Translations under genes and position numbers: made by a program
Source of the DNA: Pseudodesulfovibrio mercurii
GTDB taxonomy: Bacteria > Desulfobacterota > Desulfovibrionia > Desulfovibrionales > Desulfovibrionaceae
NCBI RefSeq assembly: GCF_000189295.2
Contig: NC_016803.1
Coordinates: forward strand, 900,001 to 932,000
Length of the DNA: 32,000 bases
Direction of reading: 5' to 3'
Part shown: piece by piece, positions 1 through 8,664 of the stretch
Position numbering within the stretch: position 1 is the stretch's first letter
Layout of the letters: each line of letters opens with the position of its first letter
Notes under the pieces: generated by a model
What the model was told of the DNA's origin: nothing
The model's database searches: none
Seen by the model: only the letters and a program-made list of their open reading frames with translations

Positions 1-1070
1 ACCGCCGAGTCCACCAGCATGGTCACGCCGATAATCACGTAGGAGAGCTGGGCCACGGTCGAGTAGGCCAGCCGCGCCTTGATGTCGTCCTTGGTCAGGG
101 CGATGAACGAGGCCACCGTCAGGGTGAAGGCCGCGATGTACGCCGTGGCCATGCCCATGCTCAGATCGCCGAGCCAGGAGCCGGGCGAACCGATGTAGAT
201 CTGGCTCATGGTCAGGGCCGCGGCGGTCTTGGTCCCGAAAGCCGAGAGCACGATGCGGCTGACGCAGAAGACGCCCGCCTTGACGACCGCCACCGCGTGC
301 AGCAAAGCCGAGACCGGGGTGGGCGCGACCATGGCCGACGGGAGCCAGTTGTGGAACGGCATGAGGGCCGCCTTGCCGATGCCGAGGATGAACAGCCAGT
401 AGGTGAGGGTCACCAGTCTGGGATGTGCGGCGATGACCTGGGCGGAGAACATGCCGTGCTGGATGTCGGTCAGGTTGAAGTCGAGGTTGCCGACCAGGAC
501 GTAGGTCAGGACCATGGCGGGCAGGAGGAAGAGCTTGGAGGTACCCATCAAGTAGACGATGTACTTGCGGGCGCCGATCTTGGCCTCCTCGTCCTCATGG
601 TGGTAGACCAGCGGATACGTGAACACGGTGATGACCTCGTAGAAGAGGTAGAGCGTGAACACGTTGGCCGACAGGGCCACGCCCACGGCGCCGAAGATGG
701 CCACCGCGAAGCAGACGTAATAGCGGGTCTGGGCGTGTTCGTTCAGCCCGCGCATGTAGCCGATGTTGTAGCTGGTCACGAAGAACCAGAGGAACGGGGC
801 GATCAGCGCGAAGACCATGGACAGGCCGTCCGCGGCAAAGGCTATGCTGATGCCCGGCAGGATGGTGGTTACGTGGTAGTACAGGACCTTTCCGGCAAGG
901 ACCTTCGGCGCCATCCAGAGCACCGAAGTGAAGGTCAGAAACGCACCGATGAAGCTAATCGCCTCCCGCCGGTTTTCATCCCCCCGACAGAGGTAGATGA
1001 AAAGCGGAGTGAGGAGCGTGAACACCACCGGCAGAAGAATTGGACTATATGTCGTTACACCTTCCATCAT
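1..1070 (-). CDS. nuoL: NADH-quinone oxidoreductase chain L-like antiporter subunit, N-terminal ~356 aa (C-terminus lies beyond window start)
   Basis: Own translation of the minus strand from ATGATG at 1065-1070 (MMEGVTTYSPILLPVV...) stays open to position 1. It contains the antiporter-family hallmark WLPSAMVAPTPVSALLHAVAVVKAG and sits directly after nuoK (stop at 1073). It is absent from the ORF track because it runs off the window. Confidence 0.8.
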   Translation of the reverse strand, partial: MMEGVTTYSPILLPVVFTLLTPLFIYLCRGDENRREAISFIGAFLTFTSVLWMAPKVLAGKVLYYHVTTILPGISIAFAADGLSMVFALIAPFLWFFVTSYNIGYMRGLNEHAQTRYYVCFAVAIFGAVGVALSANVFTLYLFYEVITVFTYPLVYHHEDEEAKIGARKYIVYLMGTSKLFLLPAMVLTYVLVGNLDFNLTDIQHGMFSAQVIAAHPRLVTLTYWLFILGIGKAALMPFHNWLPSAMVAPTPVSALLHAVAVVKAGVFCVSRIVLSAFGTKTAAALTMSQIYIGSPGSWLGDLSMGMATAYIAAFTLTVASFIALTKDDIKARLAYSTVAQLSYVIIGVTMLVDSA

Positions 1071-1072
1071 AG

Positions 1073-1381
1073 CTATTCCTTCAGGGTAGTGATGTCACTG
1101 GATTTGGCGGAGTTGAAACGCCGCGCAACCACCACGATCATGGCCAGGACCAGCGTGGCTTCGGCTGCGGCCAGCCCCATGACGAACAGGGTGCCGAGTT
1201 GCCCCATGACCGCGCTGAAGTCGGTCAGTTGCGCGGCCGCCACCATGGACAGCCCGGCGCCGTTGAGCATCAGCTCCACCGAGATCAGCATGCCGACCAG
1301 GCTCCTGCGCTGGGTCAGGCCGAACAGGCCCGCGCACAGGAGGATCAGGGCGACGATTTGGAATAAGGTCAGTGCGCTCAT
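1073..1381 (-). CDS. nuoK: NADH-quinone oxidoreductase subunit K
   Basis: 102-aa, 3-TM hydrophobic protein (MSALTLFQIVALILLCAGLFG...SVELMLNG...). Its ATG at 1379-1381 abuts the nuoJ stop (1382-1384). Position in the nuo order fits. Confidence 0.9.
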   Translation of the reverse strand: MSALTLFQIVALILLCAGLFGLTQRRSLVGMLISVELMLNGAGLSMVAAAQLTDFSAVMGQLGTLFVMGLAAAEATLVLAMIVVVARRFNSAKSSDITTLKE

Positions 1382-1906
1382 TTACTTGTCCCCTCCGTTT
1401 CTCTGGCCCCTCTTCTCCCAGACCAGCAGGACGGCGCCGGACATGGCGACCATCAGGATGACCGAGATCAGCTCGAAGGGCAGGAAGTAGGACCCGAGCA
1501 ACCCTTCGCCGAGCTGCTTGATGGGCACCTCCACGGGCACGGCCACGGACGGGGCGGGCCGGGTCAGCACCAGCCAGCCCAGGATGGCCGCCGGGGCCAT
1601 GGTCGCGGCCAGGCCGAAGACGTAGCGCTTCATGGGCGCCTTGTCGGCCTCGTCGCCGCCCTGCTCCGCCCGGGTCAGCATGACCGCGAAGAAGATCAGG
1701 ACGCTGACCGCGCCGACGTAGATGAGCAGTTGCATGAAGGCCATGAAGGGCGTGGCCAGCAGCAGGTACATCCCGGCCACGCCGATGAGCGTGGTGATCA
1801 AGCCGATCAGGGCTCGCACCAGACTGCTGCTCGACACGGCGAGGACGGCCCCGCCGAGGATGACGAGCGTGTACACGCCGAATGCAATTTTTGCCAAGAC
1901 TTCCAT
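1382..1906 (-). CDS. nuoJ: NADH-quinone oxidoreductase subunit J
   Basis: 174-aa polytopic protein between nuoI and nuoK. ATG at 1904-1906 lies 1 nt from the nuoI stop. Confidence 0.85.
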   Translation of the reverse strand: MEVLAKIAFGVYTLVILGGAVLAVSSSSLVRALIGLITTLIGVAGMYLLLATPFMAFMQLLIYVGAVSVLIFFAVMLTRAEQGGDEADKAPMKRYVFGLAATMAPAAILGWLVLTRPAPSVAVPVEVPIKQLGEGLLGSYFLPFELISVILMVAMSGAVLLVWEKRGQRNGGDK

Positions 1907-1907
1907 A

Positions 1908-2495
1908 TTACGCCTCCTTCTCCGCCGCGGCCGGGACGGCCTCGGTCTTGTGGGCAGGCGCGGAGAGTTCCGTGGCCTGCGCCTTGAGCCGGGCGAGAAG
2001 ATCGAGTTTCATCTCCTTCCTGGAAGTCGCCACCCAATAGATGTCATTGGAGAATCTCAGCGACTTGGCCGGACAGTTTTCGATGCAGGTGCCGCACAGC
2101 GAGCACAGGGTGTAGTCATAGATGAACTTGGCCGGATTCTTGGGGGCCTTGGGCTTGTTGACCTTTTCCCCCGCTTCCTCGGCCGCCTTCATGGCCGCTT
2201 CCTCCTCGGCGGTGAGCTTGGGAGGCTTGGACTTGACCACGGTCAGGCATTTGCTCGGGCAGTTGGTCACGCACATCATGCAGGAGATGCACTTGGGCGT
2301 GGCCGGATCCTTGGGCTTGCCGATGAGTTCGACATGCCCGCCGTATGTACGCAGGTTCTCGTCGTCGATGACCTCTCGCGGATAGTGGACCGTGACCAGG
2401 GGCTGACAGAAGTACTTGCCCGTGATCTTGAGTCCGACGATCAGGCTCCAGCAATCGAGAATCGGCTGAATGACGTTTTCCTTGAATTTACCCAT
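1908..2495 (-). CDS. nuoI: NADH-quinone oxidoreductase subunit I (2x[4Fe-4S] ferredoxin-type), with a Lys/Glu/Ala-rich insert and C-terminal tail
   Basis: Two CxxCxxCxxxCP motifs (CISCMMCVTNCP, CSLCGTCIENCP). ATG at 2493-2495. Position between nuoH and nuoJ. Confidence 0.9.
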   Translation of the reverse strand: MGKFKENVIQPILDCWSLIVGLKITGKYFCQPLVTVHYPREVIDDENLRTYGGHVELIGKPKDPATPKCISCMMCVTNCPSKCLTVVKSKPPKLTAEEEAAMKAAEEAGEKVNKPKAPKNPAKFIYDYTLCSLCGTCIENCPAKSLRFSNDIYWVATSRKEMKLDLLARLKAQATELSAPAHKTEAVPAAAEKEA

Positions 2496-2507
2496 ATCTC
2501 TCTACCC

Positions 2508-3482
2508 CTACAACTTCATGATCAGCGCGGTGGCCAACAGGTTGAACGTGGCCAGCGGCAGCAACCATTTCCAGTTGATGTTCAGCAGCTGGTCGAAGCG
2601 CACGCGGGGGAAGGTCCAGCGCGCCCAGATCATGAAGGACAACAGGGCGAAGGTCTTGAGGACCATCCACCACCATCCATCGATGCCGGGGAAGGGTCCG
2701 TGATAGCCGCCCAGGAACAGGACGGAACAGACCGAGCACATGACCACCATGTAGCCGTATTCGGCCAGGAAGAAGAGGCCGAAGCCCATGGCCGAATACT
2801 CGGTGTGGAAACCGGCGGTCAGTTCGGACTCGGCCTCGGCCAGGTCGAACGGCGCGCGGTTGGTCTCGCCGAACATGGCCACCAGGAAGATCAGGAAGGC
2901 CAGCGGTTGCTGGAAGATGTACCAGTTCCAGATGTACCCGGACTGCAGATTGGTGATCTCCGTCAGGCTCAGGGTGCCGGTCATGAACGAGATGGCCAGC
3001 ACGGTCAGGAGCAGCGGGATCTCATAGGCCACGGTCTGGGACACGGCACGAGCCGCGCCCAGGAGGCCCCATTTGTTATTGGAGGCCCAGCCGGCCAGGA
3101 TGACGGCCAGGGCGCTGAAGCTGGAGAAGGCCAGAATCAGCAGCAGGCCGAGGTTGACGTCCATGCCCGTCAGCACCGGGCCGTACGGGATGGGCATGTA
3201 GAGCAGCAGGACCGGGATCATGGACAGAAGCGGGGCCAGCCAGTACAGGACCGGGTCCGCGTTGTCCGGGGTCAGGAGCTGTTTGCCCATGAGCTTCAGG
3301 CCGTCGATGAGCGGCTGGAGCGCGCCGTGGGGACCGACCTCGAAGGGACCGGGCCGGCGCTGGATGTGGCCCGCGAACTTGCGTTCGCAGTAGACCCACA
3401 GCAGGGCGTTGATGCCCAGCCAGATCATGGCCGCAATGACCGCGATAACCAGGGGGATCAGGTGTTGTAAGAATGCGTTCAT
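2508..3482 (-). CDS. nuoH: NADH-quinone oxidoreductase subunit H
   Basis: Polytopic protein with CERKFAGHIQRRPGP, comparable to E. coli NuoH GERRLLGLFQNRYGP. Start is ATG at 3480-3482 (MNAFLQ...); the alternative GTG at 3489-3491 directly abuts the nuoD stop. Confidence 0.9.
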   Translation of the reverse strand: MNAFLQHLIPLVIAVIAAMIWLGINALLWVYCERKFAGHIQRRPGPFEVGPHGALQPLIDGLKLMGKQLLTPDNADPVLYWLAPLLSMIPVLLLYMPIPYGPVLTGMDVNLGLLLILAFSSFSALAVILAGWASNNKWGLLGAARAVSQTVAYEIPLLLTVLAISFMTGTLSLTEITNLQSGYIWNWYIFQQPLAFLIFLVAMFGETNRAPFDLAEAESELTAGFHTEYSAMGFGLFFLAEYGYMVVMCSVCSVLFLGGYHGPFPGIDGWWWMVLKTFALLSFMIWARWTFPRVRFDQLLNINWKWLLPLATFNLLATALIMKL

Positions 3483-3491
3483 GAATTCCAC

Positions 3492-4664
3492 CTACCTGTC
3501 GATTTCGGGAATGATCAGGTCCAGGCTGCCCAGGATGGCGACGGCGTCAGCGATGAGCGTGCCGGTGGCGGCCTCGACGAATGCGTTCAGATTGGACAGG
3601 CCGGGCGCACGCAGCTTGACGCGGTACGGAACCTTGCCGCCGTCGGAGAGCACGTAGATGCCGATCTTGCCGCGGCCGCCCTCCACACAGAAGTAGGCCT
3701 CGCCCGCCGGCGGCTTCATGGACGGCTTGGGCGCCTTGTCCATGATGTACCCGCCCTCGGCCGACGGCAGTTGCTCGACCGCCTGCTCAATGATGCGCAG
3801 GGACTGCTCCATCTCGGCCAGCCGGACGTGATAGCGCCCCGCCGAACAGCAGGTGTCCTGGGTCGGAATCTCGAAGTCGAACCGGTCGTAGATCCCGTAG
3901 GGCTCGGCCCTGCGGATGTCATAGGGCACGCCCGCGCCGCGCAGGACCGGACCGGTGCAGCCGTAGCGGCGGCACATGTCCTGATCGATGATGCCGATGC
4001 CCTCGATGCGGCGGCGCAGGATGATGTTCCCGGTGACGAGGTCGTGATACATGGGCAGCCGCTTCCGGAAGTGCGGAATGAACGCCTTGATCAGCTCGAC
4101 ACACTTGTCGTCCATGTCCATCTGCATGCCGCCGACCCGGAAGTTGCTGTAGGTCAGCCTGGAGCCCGAGGGCCTCTGCAGGATGTCCAGAAGCATTTCG
4201 CGGTCTTCGAAGGCGTACAGGATGGGGGTGAAGGCCCCCAGGTCGAGGATGTAGGCGCCCCACCACAGCAGGTGGGAGGCCAGGCGGTTGAGTTCGGTCA
4301 TGATGACGCGAAGGTACTCCGCCCGCTCGGGCACCTCGATGCCCATCAGTTTTTCGACCGCGCCCACGTAGGCCCAGTTCCAGGCCATGGCGTGTCCGTA
4401 GTCGACGCGGCCCATGTTGGGGATGAATCCTCCCCACATCTGGGTCTCGCCCATTTTTTCATGCATGCGGTGCAGGTAGCCCAGCACGGGCTCGGCGCGG
4501 ACGATGTATTCGCCGTCCACCTCGATCATGACCCGCAGAACGCCGTGCGTAGACGGGTGTTGCGGGCCCATGTTGATGATCAGGGTTCCGTCCTGCTTCC
4601 CGGCCTCGAACTTCTGGGTGTAGAAATCACCCTTCATCTGTTCTAAATTCTGGTAAGCCGACAT
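3492..4664 (-). CDS. nuoD: NADH-quinone oxidoreductase subunit D (49-kDa subunit)
   Basis: 390 aa with INMGPQHPSTHGVLRV and a C-terminal ...LDLIIPEIDR, both typical of NuoD. ATG at 4662-4664. Confidence 0.95.
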   Translation of the reverse strand: MSAYQNLEQMKGDFYTQKFEAGKQDGTLIINMGPQHPSTHGVLRVMIEVDGEYIVRAEPVLGYLHRMHEKMGETQMWGGFIPNMGRVDYGHAMAWNWAYVGAVEKLMGIEVPERAEYLRVIMTELNRLASHLLWWGAYILDLGAFTPILYAFEDREMLLDILQRPSGSRLTYSNFRVGGMQMDMDDKCVELIKAFIPHFRKRLPMYHDLVTGNIILRRRIEGIGIIDQDMCRRYGCTGPVLRGAGVPYDIRRAEPYGIYDRFDFEIPTQDTCCSAGRYHVRLAEMEQSLRIIEQAVEQLPSAEGGYIMDKAPKPSMKPPAGEAYFCVEGGRGKIGIYVLSDGGKVPYRVKLRAPGLSNLNAFVEAATGTLIADAVAILGSLDLIIPEIDR

Positions 4665-4706
4665 ACACTCTCAGTCCGGTGTTTGATACCGACCGGTCGC
4701 CCCGGC

Positions 4707-5234
4707 CTACGCGTCGGAGGCCTCCCCGGCCTCCGCTTCCGCAAACAACGCTTCCACTTCCTCGGAGCAGGACACGACTTCGCCCAGGGAGAGCAGCTCC
4801 CCGATGGACTTGCGCACCTTGTCGCTCTTGCGCAGCGGGCAGAGATCCACGTCCTCCACCGCCACGAGCAGCGGCACGAGGTTGGGATGCCCCTCGAAGA
4901 CGACGCCGTGGAAGTCGCGGGTCTCGCGCTCATGCCACTCGGCGCCGCTGAAGACGGATACGATGGACGGGATCACGGGATTGTCCCTGCCGATCAGCAC
5001 TCGGAGGACGACCCGTTCGTTGATGGTCCATCTATTGAAATGATACTGCACCAGGAACCCCTCTTCCACGTCCAGCGCAAAGATGTCCTCCAGGGAGTAT
5101 TCCGCCTCATACAGTTTCCGGGCGGCCTTCACGATCTGGCCGGGGGCCAGAAAGACCGACCACACATGCCCCGTGGTCGCCGGATCCTGCTTGGCGACGC
5201 ACTTGGTCGCCACTCCATCCAAAGCCTGCAACAT
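4707..5234 (-). CDS. nuoC: NADH-quinone oxidoreductase subunit C (30-kDa subunit)
   Basis: ERETRDFHGVVFEGHP motif. ATG at 5232-5234 is preceded by GGAGGGG and lies 2 nt after the nuoB stop (5237-5239). The track ORF start at 5270 is an upstream extension. Confidence 0.85.
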   Translation of the reverse strand: MLQALDGVATKCVAKQDPATTGHVWSVFLAPGQIVKAARKLYEAEYSLEDIFALDVEEGFLVQYHFNRWTINERVVLRVLIGRDNPVIPSIVSVFSGAEWHERETRDFHGVVFEGHPNLVPLLVAVEDVDLCPLRKSDKVRKSIGELLSLGEVVSCSEEVEALFAEAEAGEASDA

Positions 5235-5236
5235 GG

Positions 5237-5782
5237 TTACCCCTCCACCTTGGCGGCGACGGGCCACCAACGTTTACCGGTGATCAGGCGCTGCAGCTCG
5301 AAAAACCCCTCGAGCAGCCCCTCGGGCCTGGGCGGACAGCCCGGCACGTACACATCCACGGGGATGAGCGTGTCCACGCCCTGGATCACGTTGTAGTTGT
5401 CCTTGATCTTGAAGGGCCCGCCGGAAATGGCGCAGTTGCCCATGGCGATGACCCACTTGGGACCGGGCATCTGCTCGTAGAGTCTGACCACCGACGGGGC
5501 CATCTTCTTGTTCACCGTCCCGGCCACGATCATGACATCGGACTGGCGCGGGGAAGGCCGGAAGACCTCCGCCCCGAACCGGGCCATATCGAACCTGGCC
5601 ATACCGGTGGCCATCATCTCGATGGCGCAGCAGGCCAGACCGAAGGTCATGGGCCACAAGGACATGGCCCGACAGACGTTCATGATGTCCTGGGCCAACT
5701 TCATGTTGACCAGCGGCGGGTCCATGTGATGGTTGCCCGCCGTCAGGAATTCCTTTTGCACTACTGAATCCTGCGCGGCCAT
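5237..5782 (-). CDS. nuoB: NADH-quinone oxidoreductase subunit B (N2 cluster subunit)
   Basis: [10 protein letters not shown] ... GNCAISGG ... VPGCPPRPE cysteine motifs. ATG at 5780-5782 is preceded by AAAGGGG. It overlaps the nuoA 3' end by 22 nt. The track start at 5803 is a TTG. Confidence 0.9.
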   Translation of the reverse strand: MAAQDSVVQKEFLTAGNHHMDPPLVNMKLAQDIMNVCRAMSLWPMTFGLACCAIEMMATGMARFDMARFGAEVFRPSPRQSDVMIVAGTVNKKMAPSVVRLYEQMPGPKWVIAMGNCAISGGPFKIKDNYNVIQGVDTLIPVDVYVPGCPPRPEGLLEGFFELQRLITGKRWWPVAAKVEG

Positions 5783-6138
5783 GTGAACACCCCTTTCGCC
5801 CAAAAATAGATGACGGAAAGAATAAGGAAGAACAGGAAGATGAAGACCTTTACGAAGGGAACCCAGCCCTCGGCGTCAGCATACGCCGTGGAGACCGGGA
5901 ACAGGTAAAGGACGTCAACGTCGAAGGCCAGGAAGATCAGGGCGTAGACATAATATGACACGCCCCACCTGGACCACGAGCTGCCGTAGGGAACCATGCC
6001 GCACTCGTACGGCATGCCGATGTCCCCGCCCCTTGCTTGGGGGGCAAGCAGCACCGCAAGCAACAATGGCCCGACAGCGAACAGGACGCCGCCGACCAAA
6101 AACAATACGATTGCAAAATGCAGCCAGTCGAAAAGCAT
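5761..6138 (-). CDS. nuoA: NADH-quinone oxidoreductase subunit A
   Basis: 3-TM protein with a PYECG motif. ATG at 6136-6138 is preceded by AAAGGA. The track start at 6180 is a TTG with no SD, so the shorter form is preferred. Confidence 0.8.
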   Translation of the reverse strand: MLFDWLHFAIVLFLVGGVLFAVGPLLLAVLLAPQARGGDIGMPYECGMVPYGSSWSRWGVSYYVYALIFLAFDVDVLYLFPVSTAYADAEGWVPFVKVFIFLFFLILSVIYFWAKGVFTWPRRIQ

Positions 6139-6216
6139 ACCCCATCCTTTGGCAGTAAATTTGCGGGAATCTTGAAACAAAAAGTTTTTTCAAGAATTAA
6201 CGAGTTCCATGCCCCG

Positions 6217-6252
6217 AAAAAAGCGCCAAGTCAAGCACCTTGCGCTTTTTTT
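6217..6252 (-). terminator. Terminator-like hairpin (A6 / 9-bp stem with one bulge / T7) in the nuoA upstream region
   Basis: aaaaaagcgccaag-tcaagca-ccttgcgctttttt; read on the minus strand, the stem is followed by TTTTTT. Its role is unclear: a second terminator for the upstream operon, or an attenuator in the nuo leader. Confidence 0.4.
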
Positions 6253-6374
6253 CGTAAAGAACCCACCGCCTAAGTATGTAATTTTCTTCACTCTGCGCCA
6301 AAGCTCGCCGGACAGACGCCCGGTTCTTCATTTCCCCTCCGTCAAGGCGCGGAATTCGGCCTTGCCGGTGACGG

Positions 6375-6406
6375 AAAAGGGGCGTTCCGCCCCGGCGGAA
6401 CGCCCC
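6375..6406 (-). terminator. Intrinsic terminator of the ComB-like/GGDEF operon
   Basis: Perfect 12-bp stem ggggcgttccgc/gcggaacgcccc (6379-6390 / 6395-6406) with a 4-nt loop, followed on the minus strand by TTTT. It lies 29 nt after the stop at 6435. Confidence 0.6.
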
Positions 6407-6434
6407 CTGAAAAGGTCGTGATCCGAAAACCGCC

Positions 6435-7769
6435 CTATTCCGGGCCGTCGTATTCGGCAAAGGTGCCGAAATCGCTCCGCCCCCGCTTCTTGGCCCCGTA
6501 CATGGCCGCATCGGCGCGGCTGATCAGGGTCACGGTGTCCCTGCCGTCCTCGGGATAAAAGCTGATGCCCACGGTGGCCCCGATGGTCAGGGGCAGGCCG
6601 CCGACCTCGTAGGGCTGCCGGACCACCTCCAGGAGGTCGCGGGCGAAGCTCAGGGCGCCCTCCTGATCGACGATGCCGGGCAGGAGGATGCCGAACTCGT
6701 CCCCGCCCAGCCGGGCCAGGGTGTCGGACTCGCGGGTGCGCTGGCGCAACCGGCCCGCCACCAGGCGCAACAGTTCGTCGCCGGTCTGGTGACCGTGGGT
6801 GTCGTTGACCCGCTTGAAGTGGTCGAGATCGACGAAGAGCACGGCCACCCTGGTCCCGTAGCGCTTGGCCACGGCCAGGGCGTGCTCCAGGCGGTCGAAG
6901 AAGCGGTGCCGGTTGGCGACGCCGGTCAGGCTGTCCAGGGTGGCCAGACGCTTGAGTTCCAGCTCCACGTTCTTGCGCTCGGTAATGTCCTCGAGGACCC
7001 CTTCTATGAACGCGCCGCCCGTTTCCGAGCGGATCATACGGGAGGACTCCGAACACCAGACAACCTTGCCGTCGCGCCGTTGCAGGCGGAACTCGAAGCC
7101 GGTCACGGCCCCGTCGCGCTCCATGCGCTCCCGGTAGTGCCGCCGGTCGTTCTCCTCGACCATGAAGCGGTCCCGGAAACCGGATCGGCCGACCACCTCC
7201 TCCACGCGCTCGTAGCCGAGGATGCGCAGCATGGCCGGGTTGGCCTCCAGGAACGCCCCTTCCGGGGTGCACTGAAAGATGCCTTCGATGGCCCGCTCGA
7301 AGATGGAGCGGTATTTTTCCTCGGCCACGCTCAGGGCGGCCTCGGTGCGGCGGCGCTGTTCCACCTCCCGCTCCAGGAGGACCTTCTGGCGGTGCATCTC
7401 GAGGAACGCCTTGACCTTGCTGATGAGGACGTCCACGTCCACGGGCCGGAACAGGTAGTCCACGGCCCCGGTCTCGTAACCCTGACGGACGTTCTCCTCG
7501 TCCTGGAAAATGGCGGTGATGAAGATGATCGGCACGTGGCGGCTGCGCTCGTGCTCCTTGATCCTGGCCGCGGCCTCGTAGCCGTTCATGCCGGGCATCT
7601 GGATGTCCATCAGGATCAGGGCGAAGTCGTCGCCGCGGGCCAGCTCCACGGCCTCCAGACCGCCGTCCGCCTGGACGACCTCGCACTCCACGTCGCGGAG
7701 CATGTGGTTGAGCAGGGCCAGGTTGGTCCGGGAGTCATCGACGATGAGAATCTTCTGCGGGTCGGTCAT
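6435..7769 (-). CDS. Response-regulator receiver - PAS - GGDEF diguanylate cyclase
   Basis: N-terminal REC (ILIVDDS...LILMDIQMPGMNG), a coiled-coil linker and PAS (EEKYRSIFERAIEGIF...). The GGDEF domain has an intact GGDEF motif and an RxxD I-site (RESD, 5 residues upstream). ATG at 7767-7769 is preceded by GAGGAGGGAG. Confidence 0.9.
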   Translation of the reverse strand: MTDPQKILIVDDSRTNLALLNHMLRDVECEVVQADGGLEAVELARGDDFALILMDIQMPGMNGYEAAARIKEHERSRHVPIIFITAIFQDEENVRQGYETGAVDYLFRPVDVDVLISKVKAFLEMHRQKVLLEREVEQRRRTEAALSVAEEKYRSIFERAIEGIFQCTPEGAFLEANPAMLRILGYERVEEVVGRSGFRDRFMVEENDRRHYRERMERDGAVTGFEFRLQRRDGKVVWCSESSRMIRSETGGAFIEGVLEDITERKNVELELKRLATLDSLTGVANRHRFFDRLEHALAVAKRYGTRVAVLFVDLDHFKRVNDTHGHQTGDELLRLVAGRLRQRTRESDTLARLGGDEFGILLPGIVDQEGALSFARDLLEVVRQPYEVGGLPLTIGATVGISFYPEDGRDTVTLISRADAAMYGAKKRGRSDFGTFAEYDGPE

Positions 7770-7778
7770 GCTCCCTCC

Positions 7779-8483
7779 TCAGGCGGTCTCTCCCTGGGGC
7801 GCGGCCGCCTTCACCAGGCGCACGCCGCCCTCCACGGGTTCCCCCTTGAGGACGAAGTCGAAGCGGTCCAGGTCCATGCACAGCTCGAAGTCCTCCTCCG
7901 GGCAGTCGTCACGGGCGTCGTCGAAGAACTTGGCCGCCGTGTCCACATCCCGCAGGAACTTCTTCAACGTCTTGAAACTGTTGGGATAGTCCTCGAGCTC
8001 GTTCTTGATGTACATGGCGCACATCATGTCCTCCTGAGCGCGCATGACCCCGCCGGTGCCCATGGCCACCAGGGTGACGACCTCGGGATTCCTGGCCCGG
8101 ACGTAGTCCACCACGGCCTGGGCGTTGACAAAGGAGCCCATGATGACCTCGTCGGCATCGGTGCAGACCATGAGCCCGCGCGTGCCCGCGTTGGTCACGT
8201 GGATCAGGGTCTCGCCCCGGATGTCCGCCTGTTCGATGAGCGCCGGGGAGTTGAGGTAGTCGAACTCGCGCGGCGGGACGTCCACCAGCTCGCCGATGAC
8301 CTTGCCGCCGCGCTCGGCGGCCATGGACCGGGCCCGCTCGAAGCTGTCGGTGACGATGTACTCCGCCGCGCCCCCGGCCACCAGGAAGCAGCCCAGGGTG
8401 GTGGACCGGAACACGTCCACGATGACGACCAGACCCTTGGCGCGCTGCGCGCCGGACAAACACTCCACCACGTTCACGATCAT
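7779..8483 (-). CDS. 2-phosphosulfolactate phosphatase (ComB) family protein
   Basis: VVIVDVFRSTT near the N-terminus resembles the ComB-family signature (ViDvlRAtT). ATG at 8481-8483; alternative GTG at 8507. The stop lies 9 nt upstream of the GGDEF gene start, implying co-transcription. Confidence 0.65.
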   Translation of the reverse strand: MIVNVVECLSGAQRAKGLVVIVDVFRSTTLGCFLVAGGAAEYIVTDSFERARSMAAERGGKVIGELVDVPPREFDYLNSPALIEQADIRGETLIHVTNAGTRGLMVCTDADEVIMGSFVNAQAVVDYVRARNPEVVTLVAMGTGGVMRAQEDMMCAMYIKNELEDYPNSFKTLKKFLRDVDTAAKFFDDARDDCPEEDFELCMDLDRFDFVLKGEPVEGGVRLVKAAAPQGETA

Positions 8484-8664
8484 CGGAAAATCCTGTGGGT
8501 TCTGCACCGGGCGGCCCGCTCCAAATCACCTCAACCGCTTGAATCTCATGCGGAACATGGTCGCCCGAAAACGTTTTACCATCTCTCTTAAACCGGCAAC
8601 GCGGCAACAGTAAAGGGTTTTCCATCCGGTTGACGGACCGCTCATTTTATTGCAAACCAGCGAC

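Noticed and set aside
297-3470. Long plus-strand ORFs (297..1490, 1722..3470) opposite the nuo genes
   Set aside because: Their Arg/Gly/His/Asp/Pro-rich, low-complexity translations are typical of high-GC shadow frames. The opposite strand encodes unmistakable NuoL/K/J/I/H.
8630-8658. TTGACG as the -35 element for the UDP-glucuronate decarboxylase gene
   Set aside because: No acceptable -10 hexamer lies at 16-19 nt spacing, and the site is too close to the ATG at 8665.
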